Assembly (NCBI GenBank): GCA_963803705.1
Contig: CAWDNU010000004.1
Coordinates: 922,403-986,402, forward strand
DNA length: 64,000 nt
Reading direction: 5' to 3'
Source of the DNA: an uncultured Pseudobdellovibrionaceae bacterium
Lineage (GTDB): Bacteria > Bdellovibrionota > Bdellovibrionia > Bdellovibrionales > UBA1609
Every line of letters begins with the position of its first letter. Within the stretch, counting starts at the first letter, position 1. Below are positions 9,550 through 19,509 of this stretch, one piece after another. The notes beneath the pieces were generated by a model. That model saw only the letters and a list, made by a program, of their open reading frames with translations. It made no database searches and had not been told where the DNA came from. The translations under genes were made by a program, and so were the position numbers.

Positions 9550-12219
9550 ATGAAAAGCTATGAAGTACGAAAAAAGTTTTTAGACCATTTTGAAAAGTAT
9601 GATCACCAACTTGTCAAAAGTTCTTCTCTTGTGCCGGCCGACGACCCAACGCTACTTTTTAACAATGCAGGCATGAATCAATTTAAAAGCATCTTTACAG
9701 GTGAGCAGCCAGCACCCATATCAAAAAAAGCCACTAGCAGCCAAAAGTGTGTTCGCGCTGGTGGAAAACACAATGATCTAGACAATGTTGGTTTTACAGC
9801 CAGACACCATACTTTTTTTGAAATGCTCGGTAATTTTTCTTTTGGGGACTACTTCAAATTAGAAGCTATTGAAATGGCTTGGGAGCTTCTTACAAAAGAG
9901 TACAATTTAGATCCAAAAAGGCTTTATGTATCTGTGTATAACGATGATGATGAAGCTGCCGATATTTGGAAAAAACATATCTTTATACCTAGTGATAAAA
10001 TCTACCGGTTTGGACAAAAAGACAATTTTTGGAGAATGGGTGACACCGGTCCCTGCGGTCCCTGTTCCGAAATCTTTTATGACCTTGGCGAAAGCGTTGG
10101 GGGCGACCCAAAACAGAATATTATGGGCGGCGAAGGTGACCGTTTTATAGAAATATGGAACTTGGTTTTCATGCAGTATTTCGAAGACAATAAAGGAGTA
10201 ATGTCGCCACTGCCAAAGCCCTCCATCGACACTGGAATGGGCTTAGAAAGAATTTCATCAATACTTCAAGGGCACACGAATAATTATAATTCTGACTTAT
10301 TTATGCCTTTAATCGATGTTGCTAGTCAAATATCTAAAGTCAGCTATAATTTGGAAGCTTCAACGGATGACAAAAAGGCAGCTGCACTTAGAGTCATTGC
10401 CGATCATTCCAGAGCAGTAAGTTTTTTACTAGCTGATGGGGTAATACCTTCTAACGAAGGACGTGGTTATGTTCTGCGTAGAATATTAAGGCGAGCAGTA
10501 CGCTATTCCAGAACTCTTACCCAATCCTCTGTGTTTCCTGAGGTGTGTAAGCAAGTCATCATCACCATGAACGATTTTTATCCCGAACTAAATCAGTCTA
10601 AAGATTTTATATTAAAGACTGTAGAGGACGAGCAAGAAAGGTTTTTGGAAACTTTAGACAATGGCACCGAACTTTTGGCCAATGAGATCAAAACTTTAAA
10701 AAATGAAAATAAAAATAAAATTGCAGGTGAATTTGTTTTTAAACTTTACGATACTTTTGGTTTTCCAGCCGATCTTACTAAATTAATGGCTCAGGAAGAA
10801 GGTCTAAAGATAGATCAGAATGGATTCGAAGAAAAATTAAACGAGGCTAAAGAAAAATCGAAGCTTGCTAAAAATACCAAAAGTTATTCTGCCAATAATT
10901 CTGACTTGATCACTAAAACTCACTCATTAGTACCAACAGAATTTGTAGGTTATAATAATTTTTCCTCTGAAGCCGCCATATCGAAAATTTTTATTCTGGA
11001 AGATAAGATTTTACAAGAGGTTAAAACTTTAAAAGAGGGACAGACGGGTTTTGTCGTTTTCAACAAAACTCCTTTTTATGCCGAGGGTGGCGGACAAGTC
11101 GCTGATATTGGAACGGGTTCAGGAACTAATTTTGAATTCCATGTCATTGACGTGCAAAAATATAATAAGGTTGTTATTCACACGCTAGATATGACAACTG
11201 GTTCTTTGCAGAGTGATTCTGAAATCACTTTGTATGTGGACCAAAAAAATAGAGCCCTAACAGCTTCTAACCATTCGGCAACACACTTACTACATCACGC
11301 GCTTAGAAGCGAACTTGGACCGCACGTGAAGCAAGCTGGCTCAGCGGTAAATCCAGAAAAACTAAGATTTGATTTTACTAACAAGGGGCCACTTCCTGAA
11401 GATGTGTTAGTTAGAATCGAACATATAGTGAATCAGATGATTCAAAATTCGACAAAAGTAACTCACGAGACAAAACCTTACGACCAGGCCGTTAAGGATG
11501 GAGCCTTAGCTCTTTTCGGAGAAAAGTACGAAGATGAAGTCCGGGTTGTAAGCATGGGTAAATCCATTGAACTTTGCGGTGGCACGCATGTGAATAATAT
11601 CGCTGACATAAAATTTTTCAAAATTATTTCTGAATCCGGCGTAAGCTCTGGCGTAAGGCGTATCGAAGCTTTAACCGATTACACGTCTATCAATTATTTA
11701 AATAATCAGTTTGAAGACTACAAATCAATAAAAGAACAAATGCAGTTACCCGTACAGGCCAATAGAAATTTGGTGTCTCAGCAGCTCAATAAACTTAGAT
11801 CCGAAGTTTCAAGCCTTAAAAAAGAAATTAAAAGCAGTGCAGTTAGCTCTTTTTCAATTGATCAGGCTTTTGATGCCAGGGTGCTGTTAAATAACGAGAT
11901 CTCTTACCTAGTATGTGCTACCGAAATCAATGATAGTGCCACTTTAAGAGAAGCAGCAGATCGTTTAAAAGATAGAATTAAGACTGGAGTCGTAGTTATC
12001 CTTGGCGCTTCAGCTGACAAAACTCCAGTGTTAGTATCTGTAACAAAAAACTTAAGCTTGAAGATACAAGCGGGCACTCTGCTAAATAAAATTACAAAGC
12101 AATTTGGAGGCAGCGGAGGTGGAAGACCAGATATGGCACAGGGTGCTTTACTGTCAAATGTCGCCTTTGTAAAAGTAGCTTCGAAAATTGTCAAAAAACA
12201 TATGGAGTCCTCGTTATGA
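9550..12219 (+). CDS. alaS: Alanine--tRNA ligase
   Basis: NAGMNQFK, HHTFFEMLGNFSFGDYFK, HSATHLLH, ELCGGTHV, GGGRPDMAQG. Confidence 0.99.
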   Translation: MKSYEVRKKFLDHFEKYDHQLVKSSSLVPADDPTLLFNNAGMNQFKSIFTGEQPAPISKKATSSQKCVRAGGKHNDLDNVGFTARHHTFFEMLGNFSFGDYFKLEAIEMAWELLTKEYNLDPKRLYVSVYNDDDEAADIWKKHIFIPSDKIYRFGQKDNFWRMGDTGPCGPCSEIFYDLGESVGGDPKQNIMGGEGDRFIEIWNLVFMQYFEDNKGVMSPLPKPSIDTGMGLERISSILQGHTNNYNSDLFMPLIDVASQISKVSYNLEASTDDKKAAALRVIADHSRAVSFLLADGVIPSNEGRGYVLRRILRRAVRYSRTLTQSSVFPEVCKQVIITMNDFYPELNQSKDFILKTVEDEQERFLETLDNGTELLANEIKTLKNENKNKIAGEFVFKLYDTFGFPADLTKLMAQEEGLKIDQNGFEEKLNEAKEKSKLAKNTKSYSANNSDLITKTHSLVPTEFVGYNNFSSEAAISKIFILEDKILQEVKTLKEGQTGFVVFNKTPFYAEGGGQVADIGTGSGTNFEFHVIDVQKYNKVVIHTLDMTTGSLQSDSEITLYVDQKNRALTASNHSATHLLHHALRSELGPHVKQAGSAVNPEKLRFDFTNKGPLPEDVLVRIEHIVNQMIQNSTKVTHETKPYDQAVKDGALALFGEKYEDEVRVVSMGKSIELCGGTHVNNIADIKFFKIISESGVSSGVRRIEALTDYTSINYLNNQFEDYKSIKEQMQLPVQANRNLVSQQLNKLRSEVSSLKKEIKSSAVSSFSIDQAFDARVLLNNEISYLVCATEINDSATLREAADRLKDRIKTGVVVILGASADKTPVLVSVTKNLSLKIQAGTLLNKITKQFGGSGGGRPDMAQGALLSNVAFVKVASKIVKKHMESSL

Positions 12220-13193
12220 AAGCAGATTTGGGAATCGTGCATGCACCCATCTGGGAGGGGCAAGCTAAAACAGGTGTCGCATTTGGGCCCACTGAACTAG
12301 AAAGACTTGGCCTTTACAAAGTTTTTTTTGATAATGGGTTTAGTTATAAAGTGTTTAAACCCAAAGAAGAGATGAAGACTGCATTAACTCAAAAAGAAAG
12401 TCGTTTTGAGGAAAAGTCAGTTCACACTGCCTCTGATTATGATGAATACCTTGAAGCTAAATATAAGAACATACACGACCTGATGCTGGATGCTTTTGAT
12501 GAATCAAAACTGCCAATACTCCTGGGCGGAGACCATAGTTGTGCAATCTCGTCGATTTCAGCTCTTTTGAAAAAGTATCCAAAGGCTGGAATAATTTGGA
12601 TCGATGCTCACGCTGATATTAACACTTTTGATACATCCCCTACCGGAAACATACACGGAATGCCTGTAGCTGCATTGACCGGAATGATCTCTAAACAAGA
12701 ACTTTTTTCAGGTAATTGGACTTGTGATTTTCTTGACCCAAGACAGATCGTCTATTTAGGAATTCGAGATTTAGACCCAGGCGAACAAAAAGTGTTGAAA
12801 GAAAGAAATATATTGGCCTATTCTGCGGATGATTTAAATACGGTACCGATGAAGGATATTTTTAAGACCATCGAAAACCATTTTAATAAGCATGGCATTG
12901 ACCAAGGTGTTCATGTTAGTTTCGATATCGATGGGTTAAGTTCTGAATTAGTTCCATCTACCGGAACACCTGTCCCCGGAGGAATACAACTAGAAAGTCT
13001 GAAATTGATCATGAAAGAACTGACTGATCATTTTGATTTAACGTCTATTGACTGTGTAGAATTTAATCCTAGCAAAACCAAATTACAAGATGACATTTTA
13101 AAGACCTACAATTCGATCGAGGTTTTTTTCCGAAGCTTGCTTCTTGACCCAAGCTTTATGGTGGATCGCCATGTCTTTAAAAAAGTCCAGTAG
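12216..13193 (+). CDS. rocF: Arginase (ureohydrolase family)
   Basis: GGDHS, DAHAD, SPTGNIHGMP, SFDIDG, TGTPVPGG. Confidence 0.88.
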   Translation: MKADLGIVHAPIWEGQAKTGVAFGPTELERLGLYKVFFDNGFSYKVFKPKEEMKTALTQKESRFEEKSVHTASDYDEYLEAKYKNIHDLMLDAFDESKLPILLGGDHSCAISSISALLKKYPKAGIIWIDAHADINTFDTSPTGNIHGMPVAALTGMISKQELFSGNWTCDFLDPRQIVYLGIRDLDPGEQKVLKERNILAYSADDLNTVPMKDIFKTIENHFNKHGIDQGVHVSFDIDGLSSELVPSTGTPVPGGIQLESLKLIMKELTDHFDLTSIDCVEFNPSKTKLQDDILKTYNSIEVFFRSLLLDPSFMVDRHVFKKVQ

Positions 13194-14105
13194 GCCCCAA
13201 TGCTTTCGCATCACGCGCGAGTATTTTGCAACGTCATTGGTGTGAAATAATTTTGAAATATTAAATATGTTTTGCGGCTGACTAAGTAGCCACGACCACG
13301 ATCCTATTTCTAAAGTCCAAGGTAAAAATTTGGAATTTTGGCCTAAGGCCTTAAACGAGTCATACATATGATCCCAGATATCACCGTGAATCATGTAACT
13401 GTCTGATTGTTTCTCGACAACATACCGATGAAAAGGGTGCGAGACTTTTAAGTATCGAGCAAATTTTTGTGCTAGCGGCTGATCATCAAAAGGCTTTAAA
13501 GTCTTACCATAAGGATACCAAAGTCGATCTTTAAGACCAAATCCCGAATGAATATCTAAGGCCATTGAAAAGGGCGCCTTGAACAAATGATTGCTTACAA
13601 ACTCAAACAGTATTTTATTTTCAAGCTCCATGTCCTGCGGATTTCCACGAAACCAAGGAATTTTTGAACTTACAGTTTGTCCGGTAGGCCAAAAAAGCGT
13701 TCCTTTTTCAGCATCCACAGGCGCATTTCTCATCAGATCTACCCCGTTTGGATTTGATCTGCGATTTAAAAACATTCCACCAGGATTTACTATTGGTATT
13801 GAAACAACCCTCAAATTTTCTAACTTTTTAGTCAAAGACGTATCCCAGGCTAATTTGTTAGATAGCGAGTTTAAATAATTAGCAATTACATGAGTTCCGA
13901 TTTTTTCCAGACCGTGTACGCCACCGAATAGACCGAGGACAGGCAAGCTGTCATCCTGGGGCCCAATTTGAAGCCCGTAAATAGGGATGGTTTGTCCTTT
14001 AACACTGATCTCGTCTAGAGTTTCGTATTTAAACAAAGACCCTAAACGATTCAGTTTCTTGATCACTTTTTCAACGTAAGATTGTTCTAAAAATTTGTTT
14101 CTCAC
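13098..14105 (-). CDS. M14-family zinc carboxypeptidase-like protein
   Basis: GGVHGLE, RRSNPNGVDLMRN, LDIHSG, TLEIG. Confidence 0.8.
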   Translation of the reverse strand: MRNKFLEQSYVEKVIKKLNRLGSLFKYETLDEISVKGQTIPIYGLQIGPQDDSLPVLGLFGGVHGLEKIGTHVIANYLNSLSNKLAWDTSLTKKLENLRVVSIPIVNPGGMFLNRRSNPNGVDLMRNAPVDAEKGTLFWPTGQTVSSKIPWFRGNPQDMELENKILFEFVSNHLFKAPFSMALDIHSGFGLKDRLWYPYGKTLKPFDDQPLAQKFARYLKVSHPFHRYVVEKQSDSYMIHGDIWDHMYDSFKALGQNSKFLPWTLEIGSWSWLLSQPQNIFNISKLFHTNDVAKYSRVMRKHWGLLDFFKDMAIHHKAWVKKQASEKNLDRIVGL

Positions 14106-14273
14106 AGAACTTTTATAATCGGCAGAAACCCTATTTCACATAAACTTTTTTTTAAGATCTAGTATCATTTTACCACGACAGAGTTTATCTTCAGCAGGCA
14201 ATCCACTACTAGGGTGATGGTATAACTTGCATTCAGCTAACAAAGAGCCATAGTTAATTTTGAGTAAATAATC

Positions 14274-15566
14274 TTGATACAAGCGAGCTTTAGAACTTTG
14301 AGAATCTTTAGGCAATTTGAAAAACACGAAGCACTTTTGATTTTACTATTGGCGTGCATTCAGTTTGCCCACATCGTGGACTTTATGATTATTATGCCCT
14401 TAGGCCCACAGATCACTCGTTTACTAAATATCTCTCAACAGCAATTTAGCTATCTTGTGTCAAGTTATACCCTAGCAGCAGGTCTAAGTGGTTTTCTTTC
14501 TTCTTTTTTTGTCGATTTTTTTGATCGAAAGAAAATCCTTATTACCTTTTTTGTTGGATTTACTTTAGGTACAATAGCCTGTGGTCTTGTTGATTCTTAC
14601 TATTCATTTTTGATCGCAAGATGCCTTACAGGAGCGTTTGGTGGTGTGTTGAGCTCTATTATATTATCAATTGTATCTGACAACTTTGAATATGAACGCC
14701 GAGGTCTTGCAGTAGGGACAGTAATGGGTGCTTTTGCGCTTGCATCAGTATTAGGTGTTCCATTTGGCCTGTATTTATCCAATCTATATCAATGGCAAGC
14801 GCCTTTTTTGATACTTGGTGGACTATGTCTATTCATTTTAGTTTTCGTTTCTTTTTTGGTTCCAAAGCAAAATCAACACTTAGTTAATGCAAAAGTAAGG
14901 GACCCTTTTCAAACTTTAAAAATGATCTCTCAAAGCTTAAATCAAAAATTAGCTCTTTTTTTAATTTTCTTTCTAGTTATGGGCCAGTTCACTATAATTC
15001 CATTTATTAGTATGAGCTTCGTGTTCAACGCTAAGTTACCAGAGGCAAGTCTGCCGTTAATTTACTTATTCGGTGGATTTTGTTCTTTGGTCGCAGCGCC
15101 TATCGTGGGTAAATTATCTGATGTATTTACTAAAACTAAGGTTTTTTCCATATCCGTTTTAATTTCGATTGTGCCTATTTACCTTATAACTAATTTAGGC
15201 CCCAGTTCTCAGGCTGTGATATTACTGATTAGTTGCTCATTTTTTATTATAATGTCTGGCCGAATGGTTCCTGCAATGGCCTTGATCACGTCAACAGCAC
15301 CTACTGAAAAGCGTGCAGGATTTTTATCAATAGTGAGCGCTGTCCAACAACTATCGGCAGCATTCGCAGCATGGATTGCAGGCTTAGTAATGTCGATGTC
15401 TTCTAGCCAGAGCATATCTTTGGGCGAAGGCAACCACATGGGACCCTTGACGGACAGCTTAAGCAAACCTTTAGACACCTACCATCTAGTGGGCTACCTA
15501 GCCATCTTAGCATCAATTGTGACCTTTGCTTTGGCCCAAAAAGTAAAACCAGAATACACCGACTAA
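14274..15566 (+). CDS. MFS transporter
   Basis: About 12 hydrophobic segments; DFFDRK, IARCLTG, ERRGLAVG. Confidence 0.9.
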   Translation: MIQASFRTLRIFRQFEKHEALLILLLACIQFAHIVDFMIIMPLGPQITRLLNISQQQFSYLVSSYTLAAGLSGFLSSFFVDFFDRKKILITFFVGFTLGTIACGLVDSYYSFLIARCLTGAFGGVLSSIILSIVSDNFEYERRGLAVGTVMGAFALASVLGVPFGLYLSNLYQWQAPFLILGGLCLFILVFVSFLVPKQNQHLVNAKVRDPFQTLKMISQSLNQKLALFLIFFLVMGQFTIIPFISMSFVFNAKLPEASLPLIYLFGGFCSLVAAPIVGKLSDVFTKTKVFSISVLISIVPIYLITNLGPSSQAVILLISCSFFIIMSGRMVPAMALITSTAPTEKRAGFLSIVSAVQQLSAAFAAWIAGLVMSMSSSQSISLGEGNHMGPLTDSLSKPLDTYHLVGYLAILASIVTFALAQKVKPEYTD

Positions 15567-15701
15567 TCTCAAGCTCAGCGCTCAGGTGCCACGCTCAGGT
15601 GCCAGGTTCCGAATGCTGGGCGCAGTGCAGGATGGGGCATTTGCAAGTATAAATTTAGATCATTTGATTGAATGTTCATCTTTATCCGCTATCTTTAGAC
15701 T

Positions 15702-16430
15702 ATGAGCATTTGGTCCCTTTTACTACAGATTTATTTAGTCAGTTCACCCATAGCCCACGCCCAGAGCTCTTCAAAACCCTGCGCAATTCTACTTCACGGG
15801 TTAGCTAGAACCTCTAAGTCTATGAGCTCCTTGAAGAGTTATTTAGTTGCTGAGGACTTCATCGTTGTGAATAAGTCTTACCCTTCCCAAAAACACAAAA
15901 TTGAGAAATTATCAAAATACGTAGGTTCAGCTATAAGTGATTGTGTACAGAAATCCCAAGGTAAAATTTATCTCGTAACTCATTCCATGGGGGCGATCCT
16001 GGTCCGCCACTATTTGCAAAATACCAGCAATAAACCTAATACCGACAAAATCAAAGCTATAGTTATGCTTTCACCCCCAAATCATGGAAGCGAGATCGTC
16101 GATGCTTTTAAAAGTCACCGTTGGTTCAAGTGGTATAACGGGCCTGCTGGGGCGCAACTAGGCACTGACCCGTCAAGTTTTCCCAATAGATTAAAACCTA
16201 TCAAGTTTCCTGTGGGGGTGCTAACTGGAAACGTAAGTAGTGACCCATGGTTTTCATATTTATTTTCAAGCCCTAACGATGGCAAAGTGTCAGTTGCTAG
16301 CGCCAGGCTAAAAGAGATGAAAGATTTTTTAATCGTGGCCAGAGGCCATACCTTCATTATGAATTCCCCTGAGGTTCACCATCAGATCAAGTATTTTTTT
16401 ACAAATTTAAAGTTCGAAAAAAACGACTAG
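15702..16430 (+). CDS. Exported alpha/beta hydrolase (lipase/esterase-like)
   Basis: Signal peptide; LLHGLAR, THSMG nucleophile elbow, PPNHGS, NDGKV, GHTF. Confidence 0.85.
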   Translation: MSIWSLLLQIYLVSSPIAHAQSSSKPCAILLHGLARTSKSMSSLKSYLVAEDFIVVNKSYPSQKHKIEKLSKYVGSAISDCVQKSQGKIYLVTHSMGAILVRHYLQNTSNKPNTDKIKAIVMLSPPNHGSEIVDAFKSHRWFKWYNGPAGAQLGTDPSSFPNRLKPIKFPVGVLTGNVSSDPWFSYLFSSPNDGKVSVASARLKEMKDFLIVARGHTFIMNSPEVHHQIKYFFTNLKFEKND

Positions 16431-16477
16431 ACTGGAGTCAGTCTGTAGGAGAGTAAGTCCGAAAAAAATTTTTGAAC

Positions 16478-17806
16478 TTACACCCTGGAAAGCCATTTTT
16501 TTTGGTAAGATCTGTCAGGGTCATAATTTGCACTTTGCCAAGTGTAGTCGAATTTGTGAGCGTTCCAAATTCCCACACCAGCGACATACTGCCAGTTTCC
16601 GTAATTGCTAGCAGGATCGTAGTCTATAAGTCGTGACTCAAACCATTTTGCGCCCCACCACCAAGGTAGATCCATCTCATGAACTAAATAACTTGCGACA
16701 TTTTGCCTTCCTCGATTCGACATAAAACCTGTTAGTTTTAGTTCAATCATATTTGCGTTAATAAACGAGTTCTTTGTGCGGCCTAATTTCCAGTTTTCGA
16801 ACATCTCCAAATTTTTAAGTTCTGAATTTGAATTTGAATTTGATTTTGGGAGATCTTCATGAAGACCACATTCATTGAAAAATAAATATTTATAGGTTTC
16901 AGCAATCAACTTGAAATAATCACGCCATAGCAGTTCCAACTTTAACCAATAGGTAGACGAATTTGAATCAAACCTTTTCTCATAATCTATAATTTGTTTA
17001 AAAATTTCTACCGGAGACAATGCACCGACCGCAAGCCATCCAGACATTTTTGATGAATCGTAGAATTCGATCATCCCGTTTCTTGTTTTTTTGTAATGCT
17101 TTACATGTTGCATTTTCCAAATATAGTTTTCTAAGTGATCTAGCCCGGATTCCCTGTGACCTTGAAGGTCAAAGGCAATTTCAACCTTATCCAAAACTTT
17201 GAGTTCAGTGCGACACCACTCTAATACTGTTTTCAAGACATTTTGACTAGGCCCTTCCACGCCACAAATTTCATTAGAATTTGTTAGTTTGGATTCGCGA
17301 TCTTTCAACGGATCTGCTTGGCCAACATGCTGAACTGGCCAATCTAGATTTTCGATTTTTTTTCTAAATTTGGTAAATGATGGGTCGTTGATACAGCCTA
17401 AATCCAAGGTATTGAAGTCTAAAAGTCTGTCGACAGGTTCAGATAAAATTTGAACATCTTTAGGCACTGAATCCATCAAACTGTTTTCATAGGCAAAGGG
17501 ACTGCTACCAATATATACTCTAGAAACTTTTTTCGAAGAAATATATGATTTCAAATTTTCTTTCTCGTTTATAAAAACAAAATCATGGCCCATAGATTCT
17601 AATTGAAGAGCCAGAGATTCCAAAGCCTGTAAGTAAAATTTCTTCTTTGACTCTGCCCATAGCTGAAATCCTAAGTCGTCCTGTAAACTATAATCAACTG
17701 GCTTTATAAGCACAAAAGTTAAATTTTTTGAATTTTTCAAAGCTTTATCTAGAAGTGGATTACAACCGTACCTCAAATCATTCTGAAATATATATAGAGA
17801 GTCCAT
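16478..17806 (-). CDS. DASH-type cryptochrome / photolyase family protein
   Basis: NDLR, YKKTRNGM, ELLWRDYF, TGFMSNRGRQNVAS, DYDPASNYGNWQY. Confidence 0.9.
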   Translation of the reverse strand: MDSLYIFQNDLRYGCNPLLDKALKNSKNLTFVLIKPVDYSLQDDLGFQLWAESKKKFYLQALESLALQLESMGHDFVFINEKENLKSYISSKKVSRVYIGSSPFAYENSLMDSVPKDVQILSEPVDRLLDFNTLDLGCINDPSFTKFRKKIENLDWPVQHVGQADPLKDRESKLTNSNEICGVEGPSQNVLKTVLEWCRTELKVLDKVEIAFDLQGHRESGLDHLENYIWKMQHVKHYKKTRNGMIEFYDSSKMSGWLAVGALSPVEIFKQIIDYEKRFDSNSSTYWLKLELLWRDYFKLIAETYKYLFFNECGLHEDLPKSNSNSNSELKNLEMFENWKLGRTKNSFINANMIELKLTGFMSNRGRQNVASYLVHEMDLPWWWGAKWFESRLIDYDPASNYGNWQYVAGVGIWNAHKFDYTWQSANYDPDRSYQKKWLSRV

Positions 17807-17962
17807 TAGCCTCCTTAAGATTTCTTGATTAAGATATTATACTTAGCACTTTTATAAAATAGGAAACCCTTTTTTTTTTACAAATTGTTTTGAAACTTAG
17901 GATTTGTTCTTAAATACGTTCAAAAATAATACACCATTATAAATCGTGTTACTCTCATTTCC

Positions 17963-18763
17963 ATGCCTAACAAAATTTTTGGTATTGATCAGACTGGAGC
18001 CGCAAATGGCAGCTCTAGAGCTAAGCCGTTAAAAGCCTGTGAGATCATTTTAGATTCAAATGAAGAAATTTTAAATGTAACTTTTTTTAAAATTTCTGAG
18101 TTTGGAATTTGGATAAAAAAACTAGACCCAAACTTCACTAATCACATATTTATAGATTGTGTGCTGGGACTGCCAATTGAACTTTATAACATCGATTCAA
18201 CCAGAACCCTTCGCGATTGGATTTTAGAAACAAAAGACTTTCAGTTTGAAATGCATAAATATGGGCGAAAAGCATCTGAAGCTTTTTTTACCGAGGTACT
18301 TAGATTTTATAATTTAAGTTCTTTATATCCACCAAAAAGGGCTGTTGAAGTCAGCTTGAAATCGAATTCAGTTTTTACAACGATGCCGTATCAAAAAAAC
18401 ATTCAGACTGGCACCTATAGAATATGGAAAGAACTAGGTGCCGCCCTTCAAGATGTAGTCTTATGGCCTAGCGACTTTTACTTAAGAGATGAAGCTAGCA
18501 CTATCATGTACGAAGTTTATCCAAGCTTTTTCTATAAGACTTTACTAAACACAAAAATCAGAAAACCAGAACCCGTTATTAAATATCTAAGATCGAAAAA
18601 CCTTTCTGTATCTGATACCTTATCTGAAGCCATTTTAGATCCTGACAACTGCGATGCATTAGTTGCGGCCTTGGGTGGGCTAAATAGCCTAAGAAAAGAA
18701 GATGTTTGGAGTTTTAACGATGATAATATTTTTTTTGAAGGCGGCATACTAGGTTCAACCTAG
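17963..18763 (+). CDS. DUF429-like predicted nuclease (RNase H-like)
   Basis: FGIDQTG, IDCVLGLP, YEVYP, DALVAA, terminal EGGI. Confidence 0.55.
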   Translation: MPNKIFGIDQTGAANGSSRAKPLKACEIILDSNEEILNVTFFKISEFGIWIKKLDPNFTNHIFIDCVLGLPIELYNIDSTRTLRDWILETKDFQFEMHKYGRKASEAFFTEVLRFYNLSSLYPPKRAVEVSLKSNSVFTTMPYQKNIQTGTYRIWKELGAALQDVVLWPSDFYLRDEASTIMYEVYPSFFYKTLLNTKIRKPEPVIKYLRSKNLSVSDTLSEAILDPDNCDALVAALGGLNSLRKEDVWSFNDDNIFFEGGILGST

Positions 18764-18867
18764 TCTTGTTTACGAAGATAAACTAGATACTGCCCAATTC
18801 TTTTTGAGCCTTCCGCCTATTTGATACTTTATTTCAAAGTTGTACTGCCCAAGGCAAGAAAAAAACA

Positions 18868-19491
18868 CTAAAGCAATTTAGAAATTTCTGATTCAAGTTC
18901 AGCCGGAGTCGTTTTCGACTTATATCTTTTGATAGTTCCATCTTTAGTTACAAGAAATTTTTCAAAATTCCAACTGACATCAGACTTGTCATCTGACAAG
19001 GAGATCAGCTCTTTGTAAAATGGCTGAATCCCAGAGCCTTTAACTGAAGCTTTAGACATTAAAGGAAAAGTCACCCCGTAATTTAGTTTACAGAAATCCT
19101 TTATCTCTGCATTTGTCCCAGGTTCTTGAGCTCCAAAATCGTTGCTTGGAAACCCCACAACAGCAAATCCCTTATCTTTAAACTTTTGATGTAAGGCCTC
19201 CAGACCCTTGTACTGAGAGGTAAATCCACATTCAGAAGCCGTGTTCACAAATAAAAACACATCTGTCTTTTCGAAATCGGTTAATTTTATATTTTTATTA
19301 TTCACCGTAGTTAAATCTATACTTAGCAGACTGTTCATTGATGCTCCTAGTTTGGGTTCTACTGTCTTTTGGGATGAAGGTTGGGTTTTTTTCGTCTTTG
19401 GCTGTGAATGTTCACTGGTGTCCCCAGCACAGCTGGTTAAACTGAAGAAAAATATAAAAGACAAACAATTCGCTAAATTAATCATATGCAT
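18868..19491 (-). CDS. Glutathione peroxidase (Cys-type), possible lipoprotein
   Basis: VNTASECGFTSQY, GFPSNDFGAQEPG, WNFEKFL; N-terminal LTSC lipobox. Confidence 0.92.
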   Translation of the reverse strand: MHMINLANCLSFIFFFSLTSCAGDTSEHSQPKTKKTQPSSQKTVEPKLGASMNSLLSIDLTTVNNKNIKLTDFEKTDVFLFVNTASECGFTSQYKGLEALHQKFKDKGFAVVGFPSNDFGAQEPGTNAEIKDFCKLNYGVTFPLMSKASVKGSGIQPFYKELISLSDDKSDVSWNFEKFLVTKDGTIKRYKSKTTPAELESEISKLL

Positions 19492-19509
19492 TTCGGATCC
19501 CTTTCTATT

